Assembly (NCBI GenBank): GCA_965224025.1
Contig: OZ245033.1
Coordinates: 1-64,000 of the forward strand
Direction of reading: 5' to 3'
DNA length: 64,000 nucleotides
DNA from: Candidatus Multivorans sp.
Lineage (GTDB): Bacteria; Acidobacteriota; Thermoanaerobaculia; Multivoradales; Multivoraceae
In this document: positions 20,091 to 35,758 of the stretch, in pieces
How the letters are laid out: every line of letters begins with the position of its first letter
How positions within the stretch are numbered: the first letter of the stretch is position 1
Program-made: the position numbers and the translations under genes
The notes under the pieces: generated by a model
Seen by the model: the letters and a program-made list of their open reading frames with translations, nothing else
Told to the model about the DNA's origin: nothing
Database searches by the model: none

Positions 20091-21454
20091 GCCTCTTCGG
20101 AACGGACGGCATGCGCGCCGTCTTCGGCACGCCGCCGCTCGACCGGTCCACCGTCCAGGCGGTCGGCTACTGGTTCGCTCGCCTGGGCAGGCCGCCGGAC
20201 CCGCCGGCGGGCTCGCGGCCGCTGCTGATCCTCGGCGGCGACACCCGCGACAGCCGGGAGGAGATCGCGGGTTGGCTGGCCGCCGCCGCCCGCGCCGCGG
20301 GCGCCGATGTGCGTTCGGCCGGCATAGTGCCCACGCCGGCGGTCGCCTTCCTGGTCGCGGAACTGGGCGCGATGGGCGGCATCGTCGTCTCCGCCAGCCA
20401 CAATCCCTACACGGACAACGGCGTCAAGTTGATCGGGGCCGACGGCTTCAAGGTCGATCCGTCGGTCGAGCGGGCGATCGAAGACCGGATCGCGGCCGGT
20501 GGGGACGCGGGCGTCCCGTGGGAGGATCACGGCCACTCCGCGAGGCTCGCGGAAGAAGCCGGCCTCGCGGACCGGTACCTGGACCACCTGTGGGCCTCGC
20601 TGCCGGGAGGCCGTCCTCTCGATGGCCTTCGCGTGGCCGTCGATGCCGCGAACGGCGCCGCGGCGCCGCACGCCGGACGGTTTTTCCGAACTCTGGGGGC
20701 GGACTGCCGCGTCATCTGCGACCGTCCCGACGGCCGCGACATCAACCGGGACTGCGGTTCGACCTGCACCGACCGGATCGTCGCCTTCACCGGCGAAACC
20801 GGCAGCGACCTCGGCGTGGCCCTCGACGGCGACGCGGATCGGGCCATTCTCTGCGATCACCTCGGCCACATCTGCGACGGCGACGTTCTGCTGTACGTGT
20901 GGGCGTCCCACCTCGCGGCCCTGGACGACCTCCCCGGCCGGCGGATCGTCGCGACGACGATGTCGAACATGGGGCTGGAGCGGGCGCTTGAGCGCCACGG
21001 CGTCGAGGTGCTGCGCTGCGGCATCGGCGACCGCGAGGTCGCCGGGACCATGCGTGGTGAGGGAGTCCGGCTCGGCGGCGAGCAATCCGGCCACCTGCTC
21101 GACCTGGACCTCGCGACCACGGGCGACGGCCTGCTGACGGCCGCCGCCGTGGCCGGGATCGTCGCCTCATCCGGCCGCTCGCTCTCCGATCTGGCAGCCC
21201 GCTTCCAGCGCTTCCCGCAGACCCTGAAGAGCGTCGCCGTGCGCGAGAAGCTGCCGCTCGACACCGTGCCCGGCCTGTCCGACGCGGTCGCCTCCGCGGA
21301 ACGGGAACTCGGATCCTCCGGCCGCGTCCTGTTGCGCTACAGCGGCACCGAACCGCTCGCCCGGGTGATGATCGAGGGCCCCGACAAGCAGCAGATCGAG
21401 GGCCTCTGCGACCGCATAGCGAGCGTCATCGAAGCCGAACTGGGGGCCGACTGA
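20087..21454 (+). CDS. glmM: Phosphoglucosamine mutase
   Basis: FGTDG, SASHNP, DGDADR, GEQSGH, RYSGTEPLARVM. Confidence 0.96.
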   Translation: MSLFGTDGMRAVFGTPPLDRSTVQAVGYWFARLGRPPDPPAGSRPLLILGGDTRDSREEIAGWLAAAARAAGADVRSAGIVPTPAVAFLVAELGAMGGIVVSASHNPYTDNGVKLIGADGFKVDPSVERAIEDRIAAGGDAGVPWEDHGHSARLAEEAGLADRYLDHLWASLPGGRPLDGLRVAVDAANGAAAPHAGRFFRTLGADCRVICDRPDGRDINRDCGSTCTDRIVAFTGETGSDLGVALDGDADRAILCDHLGHICDGDVLLYVWASHLAALDDLPGRRIVATTMSNMGLERALERHGVEVLRCGIGDREVAGTMRGEGVRLGGEQSGHLLDLDLATTGDGLLTAAAVAGIVASSGRSLSDLAARFQRFPQTLKSVAVREKLPLDTVPGLSDAVASAERELGSSGRVLLRYSGTEPLARVMIEGPDKQQIEGLCDRIASVIEAELGAD

Positions 21455-21489
21455 GGCGGGCGGCTGCGGGTGCCGCGGTTGTATGTGTT

Positions 21490-21813
21490 CGCGGCGGTTG
21501 CGGTCGCCGCTTCGCGGCGGCGTTGTTTTGGCGGAAGCGGGCCAGAAGGCCCGCGCACCCAGCGACAAGGCGTCGGGGAGGGTCGAGGTTGTGCTGCAAG
21601 CGTGGCGGTGTCGCGGCGGTTGCGGTCGCCGCTTCGCGGCGGCGTTGTTTTGGCGGAAGCGGGCCGGAAGGCCCGCGCACCCAGAGCGCCATCTTTCCCG
21701 GGGTGTCAGTCTCTACTGCAAGTCCGTCGCTCGCAGTGACGTCGCGACGGTTGCAGAACAGAGGCGAGCCGTCACCACCGCCGTATCGCTGGGTGCGCGG
21801 GCCTTCTGGCCCG
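21490..21813. repeat. REP-like cluster: ~72-bp direct repeat (21490, 21612) plus an inverted REP copy at 21788
   Basis: GCGGGCC(A/G)GAAGGCCCGCGCACCCAG twice and CTGGGTGCGCGGGCCTTCTGGCCCGC once. Confidence 0.85.
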
Positions 21814-21830
21814 CTTTCAGGAGACACTTG

Positions 21831-22028
21831 CCGGCGCGCAGCGCCGACCATCCCGGCGCGCAGCGCCGACCATCCCGGCGCGTAGCGCCGACCATCCCGG
21901 CGCGCAGCGCCGTCCATCTCGCCGCGCAGCGCCGACCATCCCGCCGCGCAGCGCCGACCATCCCGCCGCGCAGCGCCGTCCATCCCGCCGCGCCCCGCCG
22001 TCCACCCCGCCGCGTAGCGCCGTCTGCC
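21831..22028. repeat. 22-bp tandem repeat, 9 units
   Basis: CCGGCGCGCAGCGCCGACCATC units, degenerating rightwards; no spacers. Confidence 0.9.
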
Positions 22029-22029
22029 T

Positions 22030-22803
22030 TCAGCCCGACTCGCGCAGTGCCGTCCGCATCGCCTCCAGCATCTCCTCCACCGCCGCGGTCATGCCGATCA
22101 GCACGGCCCGCGACACGATCGAGTGGCCGATGTTCAACTCGCTGATGTCGGCGAGCGCGGCCACCGGGCCGACATTGGCCACCGTCAGGCCGTGTCCGGC
22201 GTACGCCTCCCGGCCGGCGGCCAGGCCGCGCTCGGCGGCGGCCTCGATCTTCGCGAACTCGGCGGTCGCGGCGGCGCCCGAGGCCCGGGTGTAGGCGTCG
22301 GTGTTCAACTCGAAGCCGGTGACGTCGTCCTGGTCGTCGAGCGCCGCGATCTGGTCGAGAGCGGGGTCGACGAAGACGGAGACCCGGATGCCGGCGGCGA
22401 CGAGACGCTTCGCGGCGCTCCGCACCTGGTCGCCGCGTCCGATCAGGTCGAGGCCGCCCTCGGTGGTAACCTCGTCCGGCCGCTCCGGAACCAGCGTGAC
22501 CTGATCGGGGCCGACGCGCTCGGCGAGTTCGAGCATCGGTTGTTCGGACGCGATCTCGAGGTTGAGCCGGCCGCCGACCGTCCGCCGGAGAAGGGCGACG
22601 TCCTGATCCTGAATGTGGCGGCGGTCCTGGCGGAGATGCACCGTGATGCCGAACGCTCCCGCCTCTTCGGCGAGCCGCGCCGCCTCGACCGGGTCCGGAT
22701 AGCCCGCCAGGCGCGCCTGCCGCACGGTGGCGACATGGTCGATGTTCACCGACAGCGCGGGCGGCGGCGGCGGCGGAGTGCGACCCTTGGATGTCTCGAT
22801 CAT
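22030..22803 (-). CDS. pdxJ: Pyridoxine 5'-phosphate synthase
   Basis: VNIDHVATVRQAR, HLRQDRRHIQ, TTEGG, AGHGL, ELNIGHSI. Confidence 0.96.
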   Translation of the reverse strand: MIETSKGRTPPPPPPALSVNIDHVATVRQARLAGYPDPVEAARLAEEAGAFGITVHLRQDRRHIQDQDVALLRRTVGGRLNLEIASEQPMLELAERVGPDQVTLVPERPDEVTTEGGLDLIGRGDQVRSAAKRLVAAGIRVSVFVDPALDQIAALDDQDDVTGFELNTDAYTRASGAAATAEFAKIEAAAERGLAAGREAYAGHGLTVANVGPVAALADISELNIGHSIVSRAVLIGMTAAVEEMLEAMRTALRESG

Positions 22804-23449
22804 CGAGCCATCCTAGCCATAGGCGGCACCCGCAGGTTCAGGCGTCAATAGCAGTTGTGCTATATGTCGCGCATGTCCAGGCCAGAATCAGCAGTTGCCC
22901 GGAATCCGCGGAGTGTGTGGCTAGGGGAAGCGTGAGATGAGAAAACGTGAAGGAGTCGCATCGGAGAGTCTTGGGAACTCGTGCTCGGCCCCGGCACCCT
23001 CTGGGACCTCTTGTTGGCCTCCGCACCTAACCCGGTTGGTGATCGCCCAGGGAATGCGGCGCATCATGGCGGGTGTTGCTCCATGCCGAGTGGCAGCCAT
23101 CACCCATGGACGTTGACGCACGTAGCCCACCGAGACTGAAGGCGGACTTGCAACGGGCGGTGTCTACCAAGAGCGGGCCCCTGAAGACGTCGCCTAGGGT
23201 AGTGTGCGCAGCCTTGTTCCACCGCGTCGCCACTCCAATCCCATCCTTCGCGTCGATTCGTACCGACGTCCAGTTCGCCCGTCCCCAGAAATTGGAGCCG
23301 CTAGCTAGTTCCTGCCACCTAGGGCTTCAACAGAAAGGAAGGTCGTCTCAGCGTTGCTACCGCAGGGTTGCCCCACTCCAGCCGGTTGGCTGGCGGCCCT
23401 TAGGGTCCTGCCGGATCCATGGCATCGAAGTCTTCTGGAGGAGAGACCC

Positions 23450-24226
23450 ATGGTAGAGCACCGTCGCTATAGGAATCCCCCCATCGAAGAAGCACTTTGC
23501 GAGTTCAGATTCGAGCCAAGCCAAGAATGGGATCTGACCTTGCCTGGGAGACTCCACGTAAAACTCGGAGAGGAATACGCCGGTAAACCACGGGAGCAGA
23601 GGGTTGTGGAAGCGAACCTTGAGGTTCCCGGAGGAGACCGGCCGCCCAACCTTAAGCTTGGCCAGCACCTGGCGAAGGTCCAGTTCTTGACGGAAGCTGG
23701 CAACAGGTTGGTCGGTGTCGGGCCCGATGCCCTCAGTATCCATATGCTGCGGCCCTATCAAGATCCGGCGAGGGATGCCAAGAGTGGTTGGCTTGAGTTT
23801 GAACCCCGGATTCAACGTGCCCTTTCGGCATATTGGGACGTCGCGCAACCCAAAGGCGTGTCTAGGATCGGCGTACGCTACATAAACAAGATCGTCGTTC
23901 CATCAGGGGATTTGGCAGAAATGGGCGAGTATCTGAAGAGTTCTATGCCTGTTGTTGCGGGCCTCCCGGAGGAGGCGAGGGCAACCATCAGCCGCGCCGA
24001 ATACGTCTACAGCGATGATGTGCGAATGATCCTGACTCAAGGGTCAGCGGACACAGCACCGGGTCAAGTCGGCTTGATGCTCGATATCGACGTCATTTGG
24101 GAGAAGACGGAACCCCTCGAGCGGCCAGAGGCTCTGCTCTTGGCGCGCGATCTGCGGGTACGCGAGCGTGAGGCATTTGAAGTCATTATTACTGACAAAG
24201 CCAGGGAGCTTTTCGATGCCACTTGA
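23450..24226 (+). CDS. TIGR04255 family protein
   Basis: Y.NPPIEEALCEFRF, RIGVRYINKI, LDID, F...ITDKA motifs; GGAG RBS. Confidence 0.85.
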   Translation: MVEHRRYRNPPIEEALCEFRFEPSQEWDLTLPGRLHVKLGEEYAGKPREQRVVEANLEVPGGDRPPNLKLGQHLAKVQFLTEAGNRLVGVGPDALSIHMLRPYQDPARDAKSGWLEFEPRIQRALSAYWDVAQPKGVSRIGVRYINKIVVPSGDLAEMGEYLKSSMPVVAGLPEEARATISRAEYVYSDDVRMILTQGSADTAPGQVGLMLDIDVIWEKTEPLERPEALLLARDLRVREREAFEVIITDKARELFDAT

Positions 24227-24944
24227 GACAAGAGAGCAGGTCGCAGGGGGGGCTGGCGAGGGGGCGCGTCCTCTTGCCAGCGAGTCGGTTCAGTCGAGTA
24301 TCGTGCAGAACCTCACCCGAGCGCGGGCGGACGGAAGGGAGTCGTTGGCGGCATCCCTTGAGGCTGCTTCGCTGCAGAAATCATGGTTGGAGCTGGCGCG
24401 ACGGCTGTACGTCGACAGAACGCTCGGCGCGGTTAGTTACGTGGCGTCACGGGCTAACCCCTTTCCCGTGCTTGTCGACGTGGCGGGCTTTGCCTCTCCG
24501 CGGGCTTCGGCCTCGGCGGGCGACGAGAGAGAGCGGCGGCAGTTCAGAGCGCGGTTGTGGTCGGCATTTGACGCCGAACCTCTTGTAGCCGGTTTGGCGC
24601 ATCCCGCGGAGTCGATCGTGAGCGAGTTCCTAGCTTCTGCGGAGCGGGAGAGATTGCTCGGGTGGTTGCGAAACGTTTGCCTTGATGCGAGTCGGCCGAA
24701 CTTCGCGGCGTCGGTCTTGCGCTGTCTTGGTAGGCAGGAAGAAGCCCCGGGGAGCCACCGGTGGCGCTTGGACCTGGTGCGCGACGGCTTGGGAGCCAGC
24801 AACGCTGAGATAAGAGAAGCCGCCGTGCAACTGGCGGAGGTCTGGGACGAAGTTGGTATGTGGGCGATCCTCGAAGGCCACGTCGAGAGGGAGTCGTGGC
24901 TCCGGGAGTACATTGAGGATGTGATCGAGGACGCGGACGAGTAG
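24216..24944 (+). CDS. Hypothetical protein with helical (HEAT-like) C-terminus
   Basis: Overlaps the upstream gene; IREAAVQLAEVW..E.ESWLREYIEDV. Confidence 0.6.
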   Translation: MPLETREQVAGGAGEGARPLASESVQSSIVQNLTRARADGRESLAASLEAASLQKSWLELARRLYVDRTLGAVSYVASRANPFPVLVDVAGFASPRASASAGDERERRQFRARLWSAFDAEPLVAGLAHPAESIVSEFLASAERERLLGWLRNVCLDASRPNFAASVLRCLGRQEEAPGSHRWRLDLVRDGLGASNAEIREAAVQLAEVWDEVGMWAILEGHVERESWLREYIEDVIEDADE

Positions 24945-24947
24945 GCG

Positions 24948-25457
24948 ATGTTCTTGGCTCGTAAGATCAGTGAGGCGAAGTGGAGGACGAGCCAGGAGCC
25001 TGAGTGGTCGGACGGGGAGATTCCTGCCGATGCCGTTACGATCGATCTCAAGACTCGAGAAAACACTCTGTCGTTCTGGCGGTGTGGAGACGGCTCCGAT
25101 TCGGAGGTCGAGGAAGCGGCGCTGGCAATGGCTGCAAGTGGAGACCACATAGAGACTGTAGTCATTGTCTGGCTCTCCGAGGAGGATCTGGAATCAGCCG
25201 GTCTGCGTCTAGCTGCGAGTGAAGGAGAGACGACGATAGAAGATCTTGTCTCTCGGCATGTGGATACTCTCCACCTTGACTACGTGCGTCTCGGGGAAGT
25301 CGCGCGGTTCGTTGCGAGCGCAATAGCTGAGGGAAGGCTTCGGCGGATCAAGCGCAAAAACGTCAAGGGACTGCTGCTACGTGCACTGAGGGACGGTCGA
25401 GCTAGGTTGGACGACTTCGAAGATCGTGTGCGAGAGGAACTACGGAAAGCCCTTTGA
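24948..25457 (+). CDS. Hypothetical protein, possible ART/RES-like fold
   Basis: N-terminal R (LARKI), TLSFW strand, G.T..H motif; 3 nt after the previous stop. Confidence 0.6.
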   Translation: MFLARKISEAKWRTSQEPEWSDGEIPADAVTIDLKTRENTLSFWRCGDGSDSEVEEAALAMAASGDHIETVVIVWLSEEDLESAGLRLAASEGETTIEDLVSRHVDTLHLDYVRLGEVARFVASAIAEGRLRRIKRKNVKGLLLRALRDGRARLDDFEDRVREELRKAL

Positions 25458-25736
25458 CGCTCATGAATTCAGGCACTGCCAATGAGGGGCAGTTCGGCTT
25501 GACGAAGACGCAGCTTCCGAGTTTCTCGGAACGTAGCGATTTGCGCTTCGGTCTTGCGAACGGCGATCAAGGCGTCCTCGTAACGAGGCTAGAGGAGCGG
25601 AGCTCGATTGGGCCTGCGCCCTTAGCCTCGGACTGTTAGCAGAGTTCTTCCTGGCCCGACGGGCGCATCAGCAGCGATGGGCGGAAGCGAGCTGCGACAG
25701 TACTGTGCCGTGGCGATCAGGACGCTCGGGAGGCGG

Positions 25737-27131
<1,395 letters not shown>

Positions 27132-27274
27132 GGCGGGCATCCTAGCCCGCATATCTCGCGGGGTGATTTGAGATCGGGCCTCTTCCGACGGATAATCCAA
27201 GTTCCGCAACCGTCGCGACGCCACTGCGGGCGTTGGGCCCGCGGTAGAGATCCCCGCGACGGAGACGGCTTGTC

Positions 27275-27338
27275 GCTGGGTGCGCGGGCCTTCTGGCCCG
27301 CATCCAGGCGCGCCGCCGCGAAGCGGCGCGCACGAGTC
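27275..27338. repeat. REP-like element
   Basis: GCTGGGTGCGCGGGCCTTCTGGCCCGC..GCCGCGAAGCGGC. Confidence 0.8.
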
Positions 27339-31495
<4,157 letters not shown>

Positions 31496-31503
<8 letters not shown>

Positions 31504-33184
31504 TCCAGGCTTGGCACCGAACCGCGAGCACCACCCCGAGACCCTGCTGGAGGCGCTGCAACGAGCGGCGTCGCTGTGGCCGCATCGCGGCATCATGCTG
31601 ATCGACAGCCGCGGCCGGGTGGAGGGACGGCGCACGTGGCCCTTCCTGCTGAACGAGATCGAGGCTGCGGCCGGTCGTCTGGTGACTCTCGGCGTCCGCC
31701 CGGGCGACCGCATCCTGGTGTGTCTGCCGACCTCGTGGCCCTGGTTCGAGGTCTGGTTCGGCGCGGTTCGCCTCGGCGCCCTGCCGGCGGCGGTCGCGCC
31801 CCCGCGCGCGCTCGGCTCGCCGCGCAACCAGATGGAAAAGGCGCTCGCGGTGAACGAGCTGCTCGACGCCCGCTACATTGTTTGCACCGATCTGGTCAGC
31901 GATCAGGTCCAGGAGATCGCCTCCTGCGGCCCCCCTGGAGGGTCGCGCCCCAATCTGCTCTCGCAGTCCGCCCTGGCCGCGACGAGTCCGTCGCCGGTAC
32001 CGGCCGGCCGGCCGCCGCGAGGCGACGATCCGGCCTTCTTGCAGATGACCAGCGGCTCGACCGGTCATCAGCGGGCGGTGGTCGTGGGACACTCTGCTTC
32101 GACCTGGAGCGCCCGCGCCAGCATGGAAGCGGTGGCGATTCCGCGCGGCGGACAACTGATGGACGCCCTCGTCGGCTGGTTGCCGCTCTACCACGACATG
32201 GGGTTGGGAGGCTGCCTGCTCGGCTCGCTGCTCACCGGCGCCGACCTGATCATGCTCAACCCGCGCGCTTTCCTGGCCCGGCCGTGGGTATGGCTGGAGC
32301 AGTTCAAGCGCACGAAGACCGCGATGTCGGCGGCCCCGAACTTCTCCTTCCGGCAGTGCGTCGAACGGGTCGGCGACGATCGCCTCAAGACGCTCGACCT
32401 GAGCGGTTGGCGCGACGTGTGCAGCGGTTCCGAGATGGTACGGCCAGAGACCATGGCCGGGTTCAGCCGCCGCTTCGAGGCCGCGGGCCTCGATCCGGGA
32501 GCGCTGCGCGCCGCCTACGGCATGGCCGAGAACACCCTGCTCATCTCGATCAGCCAGAGCGTCGACGGCCTGCACACCGCGGCGCCGTCGGGCGGCGGCC
32601 CCGAAGTGACGTCGAACGGCCCGCCGATGGACCGCACGGATATCGAGATCGCGGCGCCCGACGGGCGCGCGCTGCCGGCGGGCGAAGTGGGCGAGATCCG
32701 GCTGCGCTCGCCGTCCCTCATGCTGGGGTACTGGAACGACCCCGAAGCGACCGCCGAGGTGCTGCGCGACGGCTGGCTCTACACCGGCGACCTCGGCTTC
32801 CTGAGCGCCGCTGGCGAGGTCCACATCACCGGCCGCACCAAGGAGCTGCTCATCCTGGGCGGCTCGAACGTGATGCCCCACGAGATCGAATGGGTCGCCG
32901 AGTCCGTTCTTGGCGCGGGGGGAAGGGAGCGCGCCGCCGCCTTCTCCGTCGACGCGCCGCACGGCGAGCGGGCCATCCTGGTGATGGAGACCGGCGGCGC
33001 CCGCGCCGGCGCCGCGCTGCTGCGCAGCGAAGTCGGCCGCGGCGTCGGCCGCGCCCTGGGCATCCGGCTCGCCGATCTGCTCCTCGTGCGCCGGGGTAGG
33101 ATCCCCCGCACGAGCAGCGGCAAGGTCCGGCGCCGGTCGCTCCGCGAGCAGTATCTACGCGGCGAACTCGCGGCCGACTTCTGA
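31496..33184 (+). CDS. Fatty acyl-AMP ligase family protein
   Basis: LQMTSGSTG, WLPLYHDMGL, APNF, YGMAE, TGDLG, PRTSSGK. Confidence 0.88.
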
Positions 33185-33235
33185 CCCGGCCTCGCCGGAC
33201 TTGGCAGCAACGGTTGGCGGAGGAGCAGAGGAGCA

Positions 33236-33475
33236 ATGGACCTACGTGCAGCGGCGAGCAAGATACTCGCTCGCGCCAGCGGCCGGGACGAAGGCGAACT
33301 GCGCCCCGAGTTCGACCTGGTGGCCGACCTCGGCATCGACTCTCCCAAGCAACTCGAACTGCTGATCGAGCTCGAAGAGGCCCTGGACACCGAAATCAGC
33401 GACGAAGACGCCGCCGCCATGGAGACCGTCGGCGATGTCCTCGACTACGCCGCCGGCGTCGGTGCGACTGCCTAG
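33236..33475 (+). CDS. Acyl carrier protein
   Basis: DLGIDS motif, acidic 79 aa, TVGD. Confidence 0.9.
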   Translation: MDLRAAASKILARASGRDEGELRPEFDLVADLGIDSPKQLELLIELEEALDTEISDEDAAAMETVGDVLDYAAGVGATA

Positions 33476-33480
33476 GCGAC

Positions 33481-33565
33481 GCTGGGCGCCACTGGGCGCC
33501 CCGGCCGTGGCGCGGGCCTTCTGGCCCGCGTTTACGGCATCCGGCGCGGCGGCGCGAGGCGGCAC
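33481..33565. repeat. REP-like element resembling the empty IS110 target
   Basis: CTGGGCGCCACTGGGCGCCCCGGCCGTGGCGCGGGCCTTCTGGCCCGCG. Confidence 0.75.
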
Positions 33566-33571
33566 CGTCCC

Positions 33572-34240
33572 ATGAAAGTCCGCGGCGCCGCCCTGCCCGC
33601 GGCCGCCGTGGCGGTCCGCCTCCTCTCCCAGACCCTCACCGCCTCCTACCGCCTGCACCGCCTGGAAGGCGCCGGGCACCTCGACCGCGTCCTCGACCCG
33701 CCGGCCATGCTCGCGTGCTGGCACGAGCAGTTGGCGCTCTCCCTGCTCCTCGTCCGCCGGCGGCTGCTGCCGGCCGGCGGACCAGTGTCCATCCTCTCCA
33801 GCCACTCCGCCGACGGGGCACTGGCGGCGCGGGTCGCCCATGCCTGGGGCATCCGCGTCACCCGCGGCTCGACCTCCCGGGGCGGCCGGGAGGCGGCGCT
33901 CACCCTCTACCGCGAGCTCGTCAAACACCGGTCGACGCTGCTGCTCATGCCCGACGGTCCGCGTGGACCGGCGCGTACGCCGAAGGCCGGGAGCATCGTC
34001 CTGGCGGCCATGTCCGGCGCGCCGATCGTCCCCGCCGGCCTCGCCGCGTCACGCAGCCTGAGGTTGAGGAGCTGGGACCGCATGATCGTCGGCGCCCCGT
34101 TCACGCGAGTGGCGGTCGCGGTCGGGGAACCGATCGTGCTCGATCGCGGGTCTACCGACGACCAGCGGGAAGAGGCCCGGCTCGAACTCGGCGCCCGGCT
34201 CGACGACCTGACCGCGCGGGCCGGCCGTCTGCTCCCTTAG
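33572..34240 (+). CDS. DUF374 / lysophospholipid acyltransferase family protein
   Basis: WH, S..DG, RGST.RGG, PDGPRGP, SWDR..PF motifs. Confidence 0.85.
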   Translation: MKVRGAALPAAAVAVRLLSQTLTASYRLHRLEGAGHLDRVLDPPAMLACWHEQLALSLLLVRRRLLPAGGPVSILSSHSADGALAARVAHAWGIRVTRGSTSRGGREAALTLYRELVKHRSTLLLMPDGPRGPARTPKAGSIVLAAMSGAPIVPAGLAASRSLRLRSWDRMIVGAPFTRVAVAVGEPIVLDRGSTDDQREEARLELGARLDDLTARAGRLLP

Positions 34241-34319
34241 AGCAGGACTGGGTGCGCCCACTGGGACTCTCCACCCTTTAGCAAGTGTGTTTTGGGGAGG
34301 CTGCTGCGGGTCAGGGAGG

Positions 34320-35573
34320 TCATGCGACCTGGGCATGGCATCGCTTGTTGGGGTCGAAGAGAGTTCGGTCTCGGAGCATGGCGCAGGCGACGCCGAGGAG
34401 TCGGTCGACGAGTTGTCTGATGGCGCGTCCGTGCGTCTTTCCCTGGGCTTTCATGGCGTCGTACTTGGCGCGGCTGATCGGGTCATGCTCGATGGCGACT
34501 CGTCCCCAGTGATAGACGGCGTCGCTGAGGTGTTCGTTGGCGGCGAGTCGTCGCATGACGATGAGCTTCTTGCCGGACTTGACGGTCACCGGCGCCACTC
34601 CGCAGAGGCAACGCAGTGCCTCGTGGTCTCTGCGGCCCAGGCTTTGATCGGCCTCGGAGAGCAGGGTGGCGAGGCCGACCTTGCCGAGTCCGGGCAGCGA
34701 CCTGAGGATGGCGGCGTCGCTCGGCTTAGGGGAGTCGTCGTCGTTTTCCCGTTGGGCCGGGGCCTCGAGTGCGCGGGTCATCCGCTCCAGCCGCTTGTCG
34801 GCGTCGGCGAGTTGGCGGCAGACGGTGTCGAGCACCGGCCGGAGGAGTCCTATGTGTTCGACGGCGGCCTTAACGGTGTCCGGGGAAACGGCGATCGGCT
34901 CGGCCCGCAGTTGATCGCGCAGTTGGGCGGAGGTCAGGCGCCGGATGCGGTGTTCCTTGAGCAGTTTGGCGAGCGTGGCTTCGCGCAGCCGTCGAGCCTT
35001 GCCGGGGGTCGGCGCCAGTCGCCACAAGGCCAGCGCGAAGGGCGCCGACACCTCGTTCTTGACCACGGCGAGAAACTGCGGGTAGTAGCGCCAGAGCTGG
35101 TCGCGGACCTGGTTCTCCAGGCGGTTCTTCTGGTTGACCAACTGCTTGCGGGCGCGGGACACCTCGCGCAGCATGACGATGGCGGCATCGGATGGTTGCA
35201 CGCGGTTCAGGCACTCGGGGTCGGTGCGAAGCGCGGCGGCGAGCACCCGTGCATCGCGGCGGTCATCCTTGGCGCCGGCGACGGAGAAGCGGTCCCTGAA
35301 GCGGTCGAGCTGCTTGGGGTTGATCGAATGGACGGCGAAACCCCGCTCCAGGAGAGTCTCGACCACCGGTCCGTGCGGCACCTCGATGGCGACGCCGATC
35401 TCGTCCGGAGACGTCGGTCGGGTATGTCCAAGGAGCCAGTCGGCCATGGCGGCAAGTCCCTTGCCGCTGTGGTCGAACGCCCGCTCCCCCCTCACCTTGC
35501 CGTCCCGATCCAGCACACACACGTGGTGGGTCTCGGACCCCCAGTCCACGCCGACGAACCACGTCCTGGTCAT
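34320..35573 (-). CDS. IS110 recombinase/transposase (417 aa)
   Basis: DEDD: GVDWG, IEVP, KDDRRDA; C-terminal SLPGLG..CGVAPVTVKSGK; AGGAGG RBS. Confidence 0.95.
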   Translation of the reverse strand: MTRTWFVGVDWGSETHHVCVLDRDGKVRGERAFDHSGKGLAAMADWLLGHTRPTSPDEIGVAIEVPHGPVVETLLERGFAVHSINPKQLDRFRDRFSVAGAKDDRRDARVLAAALRTDPECLNRVQPSDAAIVMLREVSRARKQLVNQKNRLENQVRDQLWRYYPQFLAVVKNEVSAPFALALWRLAPTPGKARRLREATLAKLLKEHRIRRLTSAQLRDQLRAEPIAVSPDTVKAAVEHIGLLRPVLDTVCRQLADADKRLERMTRALEAPAQRENDDDSPKPSDAAILRSLPGLGKVGLATLLSEADQSLGRRDHEALRCLCGVAPVTVKSGKKLIVMRRLAANEHLSDAVYHWGRVAIEHDPISRAKYDAMKAQGKTHGRAIRQLVDRLLGVACAMLRDRTLFDPNKRCHAQVA

Positions 35574-35616
35574 CTCGTCCTCCTTCTCCCTTGCGGTAGT
35601 GTTGCCTGGTCGGCAT

Positions 35617-35758
35617 GCCGCGTTGCCTGCCCGTACCTGTACTGGTGCTCTAAGGCACTGACTCTCCACTGGGCGTCCAACGCGGCGAAGCAGCCAGGGC
35701 ACGGGTCCCAGCCAGGTGCTCGAAGCACAGTGCGCCGGTGGTCGCTCCTGGCTGCTTG
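35617..35758 (-). ncRNA. Bridge RNA core: target-binding and donor-binding loops
   Basis: Two stems (35688-98/35747-57 and 35617-25/35678-86), each with an internal loop and apical hairpin; loop strands match the target and donor junctions. Confidence 0.82.

Noticed and set aside
21831-22028. Possible CRISPR array
   Set aside because: Contiguous tandem units with no unique spacers and no cas genes.
22838-23449. Short ORFs upstream of the TIGR04255 gene
   Set aside because: No motifs and mutually overlapping; likely non-coding or decayed island DNA.
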